A DNA stretch of 49,387 nucleotides, filler included, from Streblomastix strix (lineage: Eukaryota), in assembly GCA_008636045.1 (NCBI GenBank). It is 3 parts of 3 records of this genome, joined end to end, with 100 filler letters (N's around TTAATTAATTAA, not from the genome) between each part and the next. Parts side by side here need not be neighbours in the genome. Positions count along the whole stretch, not along the records: positions 16,507 to 32,901 come from SNRW01000821.1; positions 33,002 to 49,387 come from SNRW01000822.1; 1 more part is not named here. One strand, 5' to 3'. Shown here piece by piece: positions 27,153-44,868 of this stretch. Numbering within the stretch: position 1 is the stretch's first letter; each line of letters begins with the position of its first letter. The notes beneath the pieces were generated by a model. That model saw nothing but the letters and a program-made list of their open reading frames with translations, was not told where the DNA came from and made no database searches. A program made the translations under genes and the position numbers.

Positions 27153-28197
27153 TGATTTCTTTTTCTTCTTTTTCTTCGATTATTTTTATGCTTTAATTGT
27201 TTCTTCCATTTTTTTCTTTAATGAAATTTTTCTTACTTTTACTTTTGTTTGCTTTCTCTGCTTTTGTTAGTGGAGCATTTAATTGAATATATAAAGGTAA
27301 GTTGTGTTATTAGTATCTCATTCCTATTTTCTTTTAAATATAAGAGTCTCCACTAATAGAATTACAACCCCAGTCCATTGATCCAAGTTTATAGTTCATA
27401 GCTTCATTTTCTTATAACATTTATTATGTTTATAAATCTTATTGTTATTCTTCGGCTAGTTTGTATTATAAGAATGATTCATTTTCTTATTGTGATTCTA
27501 TTGTCTAACTTTCTGGAGGAACCAATGCTTCATCGGATAATTGAATTTGGTTACCTGTATCTTAGAAATCTTTATCTAGCTCGAGTTCTTTCTCTTTCTC
27601 AGTACCGTATTCTATATTTAGTTCTCGTTCTTCTTTCTGATTAAGTGGTAATACATTAGAACCTAAGTTTAAACTTTATTTGTTTATCAAAGCATTATAA
27701 TTTGTTTTTGGATATGGAACATATTGACCTGGCTAGCCTGCAGCTATACGTGCATTTACGTTAGATATATCGATTAATGTTGGGTCTCCTACTCCAACCT
27801 AGTTATCAAATATTTATTTTACTAAAGCTTATGCTTACACTTAATCTAATATTAAATTTTAAACTATGTTTGGATAGCTGTATCTGCTACGAGTATCTAC
27901 GAAAGCCTTGGCCTCTCCATAAACTCCTGAAGGTTCTTGCCTATAAGATTAAAGGTACGATTATTATTTATTGTGAAATGATTGTGTGTCTAAAGGGTTT
28001 TGTTATTATACGTATTGTTTGTTTATGAAATCATTTATTTGTTTTAGTTACTTGTTTCCTTTATATCCGTCTGTGTATAAATTATTTAATATATATGTTC
28101 TTATTTCAGTGCAATTCAAACCTTCAGAAAGATTAAAGTGTAATTTACCTTTGGCTATTTTTAGTAATTCCTTTTTATTAGAACCTGTTATGCTCAT
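27144..28197 (-). CDS. Hypothetical element protein (~350 aa; probable frameshift in Lys-rich tail)
   Basis: Intronless ORF MSITGSNKKELLKIAKGKLHFNLSEG... under TAR=Gln. Confidence 0.6.
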
Positions 28198-28230
28198 TTT
28201 AATTATCTTAAAAAGTAAGTAAGAGAATAT

Positions 28231-28488
28231 ATGGCATATAATACATTTCTATCTTCGTTAGTATGTGCTGCTACTAAGTCAGACCCCTGTATAGAATTAA
28301 GGTTTATATTACGATAGTTTAATAGACGTTTGAAGATGGAGTAGATTAAATAGATTATTGAATTAACAGAAACAAATAGTTAAGAATCAGTAATATAGTT
28401 AATGAATATGTTAGAGGCATAGAGAAGATTGAAAAATAGTATTACAGAATCAGATGCTTTTTTTTCAAAAAATGTCCAAAGGACATGA
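28231..28488 (+). CDS. Small hypothetical element protein (85 aa)
   Basis: MAYNTFLSSLVCAATKSDPCIELRFILRQFNRRLKMEQIK...*. Confidence 0.55.
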
Positions 28489-28498
28489 TTAATCTTTT

Positions 28499-28822
28499 TC
28501 ATTTATTTGTTGTTCTTATCCTTATTCTTTTTTTTGTATTTGTCTAATATGTTAATTATACAAATTGTATCTTCTTCATTCAGTTATATCTTTTAAATTT
28601 ATTGGATAGCTACGCGTTATAGTTAAGTTATATTCTATCGGAATTTCTTATTTATTTCTGCTTATTTTTTCTTGAACTAATTTTTTACTCTCTAGCTTTA
28701 GATTTGGCTTGTTCTTCTGTTTCATATTTCTTTGGTCTTCCACACTTAGCACCTTCTTTTCTTTCATATTTTCTTTTAGGCTTAATAATTTTTTATTCAT
28801 TGATATTATTTTCTATTTCCAT
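28499..28822 (-). pseudogene. Small basic AT-hook-like (GRPKKY) protein, frameshifted near 28590
   Basis: MEIENN...KPKRKYERKEGAKCGRPKKYETEEQAKSKAREQ...FRQNITQLQ; homologous to 49111-49387. Confidence 0.65.
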
Positions 28823-28829
28823 TTCGATA

Positions 28830-29290
28830 AGATAAAAAAGTTCTTTTAAATTTAATATCTAATTTTTCTAAGTTATCCGATACCTTCTTAGCTAAATAAA
28901 ATGGTACCTCAACTTCTTCTATATCTTTATAAGGTAATAGTAATTTACATACTATATTTCCATTCTTATATTTTTCGAATAAAGCTAATTCATTAAAATT
29001 TCTTCGTTATTTTTCAAATTAATGAGATGTTTTTGTTAAATCCAAGTGTATTAAAATGATATTACCTTTCTCTAATTTTGTAAATTAATTTTAACGTTAT
29101 TTTATAGTATCTAACTTCTTCATCTACTACCTTATGTATATACCTTTTAAATCTTAGTCAGTATTTACCTATAAAGGATTTAGCTTCAAATCAAAAGATT
29201 GATGTGGTTTATCATTATAATAATTAACTTATTAATTTCCCAAGCCTTATTTTTATGAACTTATTCATTTCTAATCAAAAATAATCCATT
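28830..29290 (-). pseudogene. C-terminal fragment of a retroviral-type (rve) integrase
   Basis: YYNDKPHQSFDLKLNPLQV (YNxxxHxS...P motif after the catalytic Glu), then LEKGNIILIHLD...FEKQRRNF. DDE core not found. Confidence 0.6.
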
Positions 29291-29357
29291 AATGAAAAGC
29301 ATTAGCCTTAGCTCGTAGAGCTCGAAAACCAAAGAGTTGAGTGAAACGAAAGACAAG

Positions 29358-30830
29358 TCAATTCTGAATGTATTATATCTCTAACAATAAGTTATTATAT
29401 ATGTCTAACCATTAGTTTGGAACTCTTCTACCAAAGTTATCATAAAGCTTAAATACAAAGGATCTATTTGGTCCCATTAGTCCTGTCTAAGATAACATAT
29501 TCTAACCCCATATAACAGGTGAATCAATAAGATTTTACTTAAAACAAACGTTAGAAAATTTAACATTATTAATCATCTGCATTATTGACCCTTATAACTA
29601 GTTATCAACGCATATAATTAACATTTAAAGATATTCAAGGAAATTTCCGATAAAAGGACAAAATATTGTTATGTCTTATTGTTATGATTGCTAACTGTAT
29701 CTTGTTTTATAAAAACAATTATCTAGTTGCATTATTTTTTCACTAGAAGTCATAAAGATTAATTAATTAAAATTATTTTAGTTATTACCATCATACAAAT
29801 CCAAACCACCAGTTATTTATATGTACCAGTTATTAGACATTAACATACTATGACAAAACTAATACTACTAAACAGATGATACGTAATCATTAACTACTCA
29901 AGCAATACAATACCCGTATTAAGTAAGCAGTCCAATAGATTAATAAATAGCTTTCCATTACAAAACAGACAACCCAGCTAACGAACATAACATTCTAACT
30001 GGTAAAGTATTGCTACCGTTTGATATCTATTACATGGTTAGTTGTTATACATTATTGGGATTTTCATCTGATACTACAATATCACCATTTACTAAAGTAA
30101 TTTGTTTTCCATAGTTCTATCGAATTTTCAAGGGGTATTCTCCTCCTACAGCATGTGCTTCACAACTTGTTATAAAGTTATTAGCGGTAGATTCATATAA
30201 TCTTATAAGTCCAAGACATCTGTATGCAAAAGTTAAGTCTTAGTCATAAATCCAGTTATGATATAAGAAAGCTTCAATCATGAGATTTATATAGTTTAGT
30301 GCTGAACTACATATATCAGATCCATTGTTTATGTTTAGTTTAAAAGTATTATTTGTAAGCTTTTAAGTATGTTCATTAACGCTTCCAGTAAAACATATAG
30401 CATTAGAGTTAGTACTATTAATAGTATCAAAATACTTTTCATTTGTATCATCAAAAGACAACATATCCGCAAGCTTTACAGCACAAACATTAAGATTAAA
30501 TAGATATGATTACCAATCTGAATCTAGAATATACATATTGTCTATTATAGTATTCATCTTAACTCTAATAGGTGGAATTTTATTAATGGATACCAACTTG
30601 TAAGTATTATCAATGTTTTTGACTTGTTAATATATTTTTAATGTATCGAATGTTGTAAGATTGTGTCGTATTTCTATATAGTCGTCATTTAAATAATAAC
30701 AAAAGTTAAGGGATATATTGTTTAGGCTATTTAATTAAAATTATCTATAACCAGTTGGAGCTTATGTTACCCATTCGACATAGTCCATTTCCGAATCATT
30801 GTTAATGATTTACAAACGTATTTGTGTCAT
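29358..30830 (-). pseudogene. Putative minor capsid (penton-like) protein with large central insertion, frameshifted
   Basis: N-terminal FQLNSLNNISLNFCYYLNDDYIEI and C-terminal FVFKLYDNFGRRVPN...LLLEIQY resemble penton terminal strands. Located inside the Polinton-like element. Fold call is inference. Confidence 0.5.
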
Positions 30831-30863
30831 TTAATATATAAAAATAAAGTGCCATTAATGCTT

Positions 30864-31691
30864 TCAATGTGCAGTTGTATCTTTAACAGACTAAGTGATT
30901 AGTTCCATAAAATCATCTACATTTTAATCATTTGGAATTGTGAAACTAAGGTTTTTCAATTTGATATTTCTTTCCTTTAGTTTCTTTTAGATTTCATAGT
31001 TAATGGTTGCGGATACTGGTAAGTTATCAATAAATAGGGTTGATCTTTCTCATAAATGTGGATAACATTTAGTACTTTTTTTGAGTAGTCTATGAACTTT
31101 AAAGCTATTTCCATCAGTGTCATCGTTATCATGTACAACTGAATATATGTAATCAAACTATCTACCCTTAGGCACTAGTCGAGGTACATCATCTTATAAT
31201 GTATTACAATAATTACTATTTTCAAGTTGGAGTTGTTCTATAAGTCTATCTTTATTATCTTCAAACGATACATGTGTCAGTTAGTTGTTTTCATTAATTG
31301 CGTCCATAATCTTATTGACATGATGTAAATATTTAATACTTGATTTCATACAAATGAAATTAACTAATTCCTTATGTACATATGTTCCTTTTACCTCATT
31401 AATATATTCATGTACCAACTAGTAGTCCAAGGGGGGTTGGCTCATTTTTGAGCTAACCTTCTATTCGTTAATAAATTGCTTATAATCTCTATACATTAGT
31501 TGACGAGTTTTATTCATTAATAGTTTATTTGTATTCTCTCTTTCGTTAATGAGTTAGACGAGTTTAGTTGCATTAACATATTTATCTCTATCTCTTATAA
31601 AAATCTCAAACCCGTTATATGTTCCGTTAGTAAATGTTTCATTATTTGAAGTTATTATAGTTGTTGTATTATTTACTGTTTGTTAAGTCAT
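30864..31691 (-). pseudogene. KilA-N/APSES domain protein with one in-frame TGA (31050-31052)
   Basis: GTYNGFEIFIRDRDKYVNATKL...VKGTYVHKELVNFICMKSSIKY. Confidence 0.85.
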
Positions 31692-32239
31692 TTACTATTT
31701 GTATAAAATATTCAATAAAAAAGAAACTGGCTTTATTTTTCTTTAAGTTGATTTGGTAAATAACCCAGACCGCTTAAAAGTAAGCTGGCTCAAAATCTTT
31801 TGTTAATTTAATAGATAATTGGGTATGAACCATTTGGTTCAGACTAAAATCATCAAAAATAATCATCAAAAAAATCAAAGAGATTCTACGGCTTTAATAA
31901 TAATATTCATTTATTCATACACATAACCCATTTAATCAATTCTAATTTTTATATCATTCCCTAAAATCAAAGGTTCTATAAATTCAAAAGTTAATATTGT
32001 TAATTTTGCGGTTATTTTTTTCTTGATTTGTTCTCTCATTTCTTTTATTTACTTATATTATTACTTAATCTAATCTTCTCTATTCATTCCATCATTTCCT
32101 TACAAATTATTCATATTGATTTTATTTTTACGACAACTCATTAACCTATTCCATTTATATGAAGATAAAATAATAATAAAAATTATAGTCTTAGACTTAT
32201 AACCAGAGGGAATACATTAACTTTTCATTTCATTAATGA

Positions 32240-32557
32240 ATCAAAAAAGTCCTAGTCTTCTTTTTGTTATTTGTCTAACTGTTGCTTTTCTTCTTATGAC
32301 AACTTCTTTAACTATATTTTTTTATACTACATTATTCACATCTATAGAATATATTACTTAATATAATCCATAAGCCTTTAACTATTTATAATACTTTACT
32401 TTACCATTTTTAGATTCGGTTAGTTAATAGAATTGTTTGTTATATAGTCTTAAACCATTAAACGTATACTAACCAATCTTATTAATAATCATACCATGAA
32501 CCTTAACATTTTCTTATAATTAACGGAAAGTTTAATATTTTTCAATTGTATAAACCA
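32240..32557 (-). pseudogene. Degenerate hypothetical element ORF
   Basis: MVYTIEKYQTFRQLQENVKVHGMIINKIGQYTFNGLRLY...; unrecognised. Confidence 0.35.
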
Positions 32558-32619
32558 TTTAATAATCAGATAAAAAAATAAAAAATTATCCGTAAGTTTC
32601 GAAAGAACAAATAATAATA

Positions 32620-32785
32620 TCATTAGTCTTTATTTAGATAATTACTTACTCCACCTGCAAGTCTAGAACCGATACCCATCACAGCACCGACATCTGGATG
32701 TAATGTTGAGACTGGTCCTGCTAATGTACCTAGGACTTTGTTTAAAGTTGGTACAACCCAACCAGCTGCTTTCTTTATTCCCCTT
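32620..32785 (-). CDS. Small Gly-rich amphipathic protein (5' end disrupted)
   Basis: GIKKAAGWVVPTLNKVLGTLAGPVSTLHPDVGAVMGIGSRLAGGVSNYLNKDQ*. Confidence 0.6.
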
Positions 32786-32901
32786 GAACTATACAAATCA
32801 GACAATTACTAAAAGGTTCAATTATCTAAGCAAAAGTAGAGATACGACAGAGTTCTCGCTACATAATTTTTAGTAATTCCAGACAACGCTTTATATTTAG
32901 A

Positions 32902-33001
32902 NNNNNNNNNNNNNNNNNNNNNNNNNNNNNNNNNNNNNNNNNNNNTTAATTAATTAANNNNNNNNNNNNNNNNNNNNNNNNNNNNNNNNNNNNNNNNNNN
33001 N
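32902..33001. other. Artificial contig linker
   Basis: N44-TTAATTAATTAA-N44. Confidence 0.98.
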
Positions 33002-34202
33002 TCAGAATCACTGAAATTTTGTAGTATTCCAGTTATACAGACACATCCTAAACAAACAAATTATCAAACAAGCAATCAAATTAAATACATCCTTCTCAAA
33101 CAAATTCAATAAATACTTTTTGATTCAGAGCAATATTGGTTAAGAGTAGTAGTTGATGAATTGGGCTAAATGACTCTCTCTGAGTATCTGAATATCATTT
33201 CAATCAAAATAATTGCCAATAATCAGTCTATGTTGCGAATTATTGTGTTTTAAAGCTGATCAAGCAGATCTTATTGGATTTTTCTTGATGTGCGAGTAGC
33301 ACCCAGTTCCTTATAACCAGCTATATATAAAGCAAAAGTGCTATTTTGAATTATCAAATCATATTCTAATTTAATATATGATAATTAAATCCTCGATACA
33401 AAGAGATGGAAAATATTGATTATATTGATGATTAACAATTGCTACATAGCTTCTAATAGAATAACTTTAATAATATGTACATAATAATTTGAATCTTGAT
33501 ATTCATTTTCAATATGATAAGCCCTGTCGAGAAATATGCAATTAATTGTAACTCATGATATCGATTCTTGTTATGTATGACCTGTACAATACTTTGAATT
33601 GTTCAATGGATTCCAATAATGCTATTAATTATAGATTGTAATTTTGTGTAGATTATATTCATATCAATAATCATATTCTGATGCTGGGTATGCTGAATGT
33701 TAATCGAAAAGAAAAGATGATGTTAATTTACACCGTCCCCATTCTATCATTTTCATATTATATATACAAATTATAACTACAAATTATTATATAAAAAATC
33801 AATTATCATACAATGTTTTTCATAGGTGGTAGTGGAAAGATCGAGAGTATAAAAAAACATTTTAATAACTCAAGATGCTCACTGATAATATGAAATTTTG
33901 TTGTAAGGCACTATTCAGATGCTTTTATAAATATAAATGATATAATATCATGATTGATTTTGCAAAGATCAGCTCTTCCGATTGAAAAAGGTAAATTATT
34001 AGAAATGTGTTAAATATTTGATCTTTAACATTTATTTAATCTATTTCTTTTAAATTGTTTAAAATAAATATAACTATTATCATAATCATTATCATTTATT
34101 TTATTAAAACTTCATTAAATAAATAAACATTATTTAAACTCAATCTATTGTTAAATTGTAATTTGTTTTTCAAATGTTATAATTATAATATATCGATTAT
34201 TA

Positions 34203-40118
<5,916 letters not shown>

Positions 40119-40631
40119 GGAATTTTTGTATTTCTTAAAAAAAATAACAATTTAAAAAATTGATGTATAAAGTATAAAAATTGATAGTTTGAACAGAAAA
40201 AATAATATATGTTGTGCTAAATTTATTAATTTTAATTACAAATATTAATGAAAATTTCTTTATTGCGCTTAAATTACAAATTTTTGTTGATTATTTTTTT
40301 TCACACTTGTTTGATTTAAAAAATTTAATTTATTGCACTGTAAAGTGTGAATATAAATTAATTATATATTAAATTTATTATTAAAAAGTAGTAATAACAA
40401 GAATTACATCAACAAAATATAATTATAATATTTCAATGTTCATGATGAAATTTTTATTTTCTATTCAATCAAAAGTTTGCAATAATAATGCAATATTAAT
40501 ATTACATAAGATATTAAAAAAGACATATAAATTAAAAGTAATTATTATAGCTTAAAATTAAGAAACACACAAAAAGTTTGTGAAGATAAAAAAAGATATA
40601 AAATTATCTGTGAATTCTCCCGATGATTAAA

Positions 40632-42505
40632 TCATTCCACACCCTAATATTCTTCAGCAACAAATTCTTCATCATCATCTTCATATTCTTTCTCGTTTTC
40701 ATCATTTCGAGCACCGCCTTCTTTTTCATTCTTGTAAAATGTGTCGTTAAGCCAGACTTGCTGTATTTGTGGGAGTAATTCCAATTCATGAAGTTTTTCT
40801 CCATCATCTTCTTCACCTTCACTCTCTTCAGCATCATCTTCATTACTGGAGTTATCATCATCAAAGTCACCGTCTTTATAGTTATAATTATCTTAATTCT
40901 CATCTTGCAATCTTTCAAATTCATTTTCTTTCCCTCCTTCCTGTTCAACATCCGAATCTTATGCTTCTCCATTTCCATCTCGATTCTCATAATCTTTCGA
41001 ACCCCATTTTCCAGTTTCCATCCTCCAGCGAAACTCCTTTTAAATATCTTCTTCACTGCGCAACCCTGGCAATACATCTGAATGCCCACTATAAACAGAC
41101 CATAATGTCAACTCAAATGCTAAACCTGATGTCGTGTGGAAAAATGCTGGAATCTCGCTCATTGAATGCGTGGCATAGAAATACTAGTCGATAGATGGCA
41201 ATCTTCTTCCTGAGCCATCTGGATTCATATGAGGAATTCCAGAGTCAAGATCCCAACGAGTTATTTTCTTGGCAGGTTCAACAATTTCGGGTTTTTTAGC
41301 TTTTTCTTCCAATTTTTCATTTTCTCCATCTTTTTCAGTCTTTCCAACCTCTTATTTATCTAAATCAGTCTCTTTCTTCTTTTCACTTTCTTGTTCAATC
41401 AATCTTTGTTTTTCTGCCTTCAATTCAATCTATGATAACATTAACTGTTTATTTTTAATAAAATATAAAAATAATTTATCATTTAATATAAAAAGTAAAA
41501 CCTAATGCTACCAATGCAGTTCAGATACATTGTTTGTTGCACTCATCAAATCTTTAATTTCTTATTCAGCTTTCTCCCTCTCTTCTTTCTCTTCCTTTTC
41601 TCTGGCTTCTTCCACAACTCTGATCAAATGATTGCGAATGAAAAAATAATTTGAATAAAAATATTCAAATAATTATATCTCATACTTTCTAGCTTCTTCA
41701 AGCATTGGATTGTCAAAATCACCTGGTTTGCTGTGTTAAAACCTCAATTTCATTAATTCTAAATAAAATATAGTAAAAATTAATTTAAAATAATAAAAAA
41801 ATGAAATTAATATCAATGTACCTTTGCAAACATTCTATGAATATGTTGAAAAAACTATACTGAATTTGAGGCAACTGCAGTCAAAATCACCACAAAACAC
41901 GCAAAATTGCATTGATCGCTTCCCATATAATTCATATTCATAATTAAGTAGCTATCTTTTGAAGGTAGCATTAATATTAACCCTGTAATAAAATTCATAT
42001 TAATAAAATTAAGAAAATTAAGAAAAATAAATAAGCATCTAACCTAGGTCTGATATTCTTTACATATTCATATGCAGCTTTTAGTGTAACTTGATGTCTT
42101 TGTACAAGATATGCAATTACAATTGCGGGACTACGAGAGCATCCTCGATGGCATTGCACAAGAATTTTTTGATGGCTTTAAACGGCTTCATTTATTGCCC
42201 CAAAGCTTGGTCCAAAGCATCCAACAAGATCAGATGTAGGCATATCACCGATTTACATACATGTTAGTACTTTAATGAAGTTTGGAGCTCGAAAAGATGA
42301 GTGCGAGCGCAATCTTAAAATTCGCGTAATACCACAAGAGTGAAGTGCTGGCGCACAATCAGCAGCGGCCTATTCTCCCCAAAACAATGTTTAGACAATT
42401 ATAAATGATAATTAAAGCATAATAAGTTCAAACTTAAGTTCCAATAAAAATTGTCTCCGTCACGCGGCTGCACTCTGCTAATCGTGTCCTCTTTTCAGAC
42501 TACAT
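40632..42505 (-). CDS. Dual-specificity protein phosphatase with Cys cluster and acidic tail (multi-exon)
   Basis: CSRVTETIFIGTQ|AAAD...GITRIL...IGDMPTSDL...KILVQCHRGCSRSPAIVIAYLV...AYEYVKNIRPR|VNINATFKRQLLNYE; CX5R intact. Confidence 0.9.
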
Positions 42506-42758
42506 AAAATAATAATTATATATAATCATTTAAATGTAAAGGAAGTTTGTCAAGCTGATGAAATGCTCATTTTTTGACAATTCACTTCCAAAATGAAAAA
42601 AAGTTACAAAAAAATTAACTTAAAATTATAATTTGGTTTTATTTTTAAAATATATAATTAAAATATATTATTAAAATGAACAAACCAGGGTGTTATTTTT
42701 CCATAATTCTTTTTATAAATTTCCGTAATATTTTTCCAATCAAATTTTTGATTCAAAT

Positions 42759-44509
42759 TCACTATTTATTGTTAAAAAATGTAACATAATGGTTGTTATT
42801 GATAAATACAAGAGTAATTTTAAGTCTCGGAGCGAGTAGAGTTAGATTATTAAGAATATATGATTGCTTATTTGGTAAAAAAATTGTTACTTTTCTACCA
42901 ATTACTCTCGCGGCGGCTACAAGAACTGAACCGTCAGCCCGCCGAAGCACGTTACGCATACGCATGATGTATTAATCAATAATTTCTTCTCTTTCTCTCT
43001 GTTGCCATAGAATTGGATTGAAATTTCCATTTTCCCTCCATTACCTTACGCTTTTAGCTTTTTCTTATATCACAAATTGCACTCAAATATCATCATCATT
43101 TGAGTGGTTTTTCAAATAGTTACATGCAAGTTATCTTATATTTATATGTTCATCCTCTGTATTATAAAGTCCTACTGAAAGTTCTCTGAAGTAACAGTCG
43201 CCTCCTGCTAAGTTGTCTATTATTGACAAATTGTTTTCTTCAGCGATCTAGGTAATTAACTAAAAATCCGAAGTAGTTTTTTTCTTTTCTTTTTTTAGTA
43301 GGTTTTTCGTTTCTGCTGTTGCTTGATTCTTCAAAGAAATTTAATTTTGAATATGATAGATCTGTTTGTTTCATTTGATTGGTCTCATCAGAATCTGTTG
43401 TGCTTTATTCATACTCCGAAGATTCGCTTATTTCCATCTTTGAATTGCCAATATTTGATTTCACACTCTTCTAATTTGGTTTATAATAGTCAAAATCATA
43501 TTCTTAGCCATCTTCGGACTCCTTGCAGTAGCCATAGAAAATGATTGGGTCTTTTTCAGGCAAATAATTATGATATTAAAGCTGATTTAGATTAGAATCG
43601 AAAATATCAGTGATAATTCTTGAACATTAGGGTGAGTTAATACTTGATCTTCCGTTCTCATAACTAAGACATTCTTGATCTTATAATGCATCTTCGTTGT
43701 TAAGAACCACGTTTTAATCTCTTAAGTGTAAATAAGTTTCATTAAAAGATGATTTTCAATTATCATAAGTAACAGTTTATTACACAGCCTAAATTGATGA
43801 CTGGATTATTATTTCTTTTTTATCTTCTTTGAATAGTTTCACATCTTCCTTTTTTAAATTTTCTAATTTATTCTTCAGAAACTTGCTTCTTACAGTTCTG
43901 AATATGTTTCTATAGTTTGTTCGAAGTAACCCGTTAATCACTTTGTCAAGAGGTTGCATATGAGATGTTAGTCCCCAAGATATGTTAATTCAGTAAGACC
44001 TTCTTTTTTAAGTAATTTTCTGGTCTCTCTAACGCGCTTACTTGGATACCTGTCAATAAAAGAATTATCTTTTTATCCTATGCATAATATCCTACTAGCT
44101 TTTGCTCCAAAACCTAATTAATTAGAAAAATACTCCATTCCCTGAATAACACTTTTGTCATGAAACCTCGCTTACTCATAAAGTCAAAGAATGCTTCTGC
44201 TTCTGTCATTTCATATATTCGTAAAGGCACATAAGTTAAATCCACAATTATGAAGAACAAAGATGGCTATTTGAATCCTCTAGCAATATGTAATGTTAAT
44301 ATGACGTGCCTTGGATCAATATCATTTTCTGAAGTGTTAGAAGAAGCTTTACAAAAGCGAATATTATTGTCTGCGCATAATTTTCTTACGTAAGAACTGC
44401 TTGGAATTGCAGAAAAATGAGAAAATTTCTTAACGAGCAGAATAGTTCGTAAATGCTTAGCTCTCTTACGTGATTCCAATCTTTGCTTTGATACTTAACT
44501 AATAATCAT
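42759..44509 (-). pseudogene. pogo/Tc5-type DDE transposase fused to a C-terminal OTU-like cysteine protease, degenerate
   Basis: DDE: SKRGFMTKVLFREW, ILFIDRYPS, LTSHMQPLDKVIN. OTU: AGGDCYFRELSVGLYNTEDEH...YIMRM...LVAAARVIGRKVTIF...TLVFINNNHY. Confidence 0.75.
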
Positions 44510-44541
44510 ATTATAAATATCCTTGAAAATTAAAGACTAAC

Positions 44542-44868
44542 AGTAGTAGGCAAAAGAACCCCACTGCCCTATGGAATTAAAACTTAAAAATAACGGAAAA
44601 ACAATAGTGGACATAATCAATCGTAATGAAAAATATAAATAATTTGTGGAGAAAAGGAGTGAAAAATAAATAATAAGAATGATTTACGGATAGGATTTAT
44701 GTATATGATTTACGGTAATGATTTACGATTATGATTTATGGATGAACAATGGATGAAATATGGAAAATGAATAGGATTTATGGTGATAATTTATGGTGAT
44801 CGCTAATGCAATAAGTTAATTTTTAGAGTTAAATTACATTGGGCAGTGGGGTTCTTTTGCCTACTACT
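44542..44868. repeat. 327-bp terminal module bounded by perfect 28-bp inverted repeats, with internal 12-13-bp tandem repeats
   Basis: AGTAGTAGGCAAAAGAACCCCACTGCCC (44542-44569) and its reverse complement (44841-44868). ATGATTTAYG units at 44678-44741. No TSD seen. Confidence 0.92.

Larger units (their letters stand above)
22169..32901. mobile_element. Degenerate Polinton/Maverick-like endogenous virus (right part lost at contig end)
   Basis: AGTAGT terminus, pPolB, rve integrase C-terminal fragment, penton-like ORF, KilA-N; dense intronless ORFs. Confidence 0.85.

Noticed and set aside
33002..34100. Possible coding sequence at the start of contig 3
   Set aside because: The frames I tried contain TGA stops and no recognisable motif; could not build a gene model.
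40604..41194. 161-aa, 141-aa and 97-aa ORFs in the track
   Set aside because: Alternative frames of the phosphatase's acidic last exon.
42685..42705. CAGGGTGTT as a TIR of the DDE-OTU transposon
   Set aside because: Not preceded by TA, and no partner found at the other end.
44678..44800. Short tandem repeats as a possible CRISPR array
   Set aside because: Degenerate ~12-bp units with no unique spacers, no cas genes, eukaryotic context.
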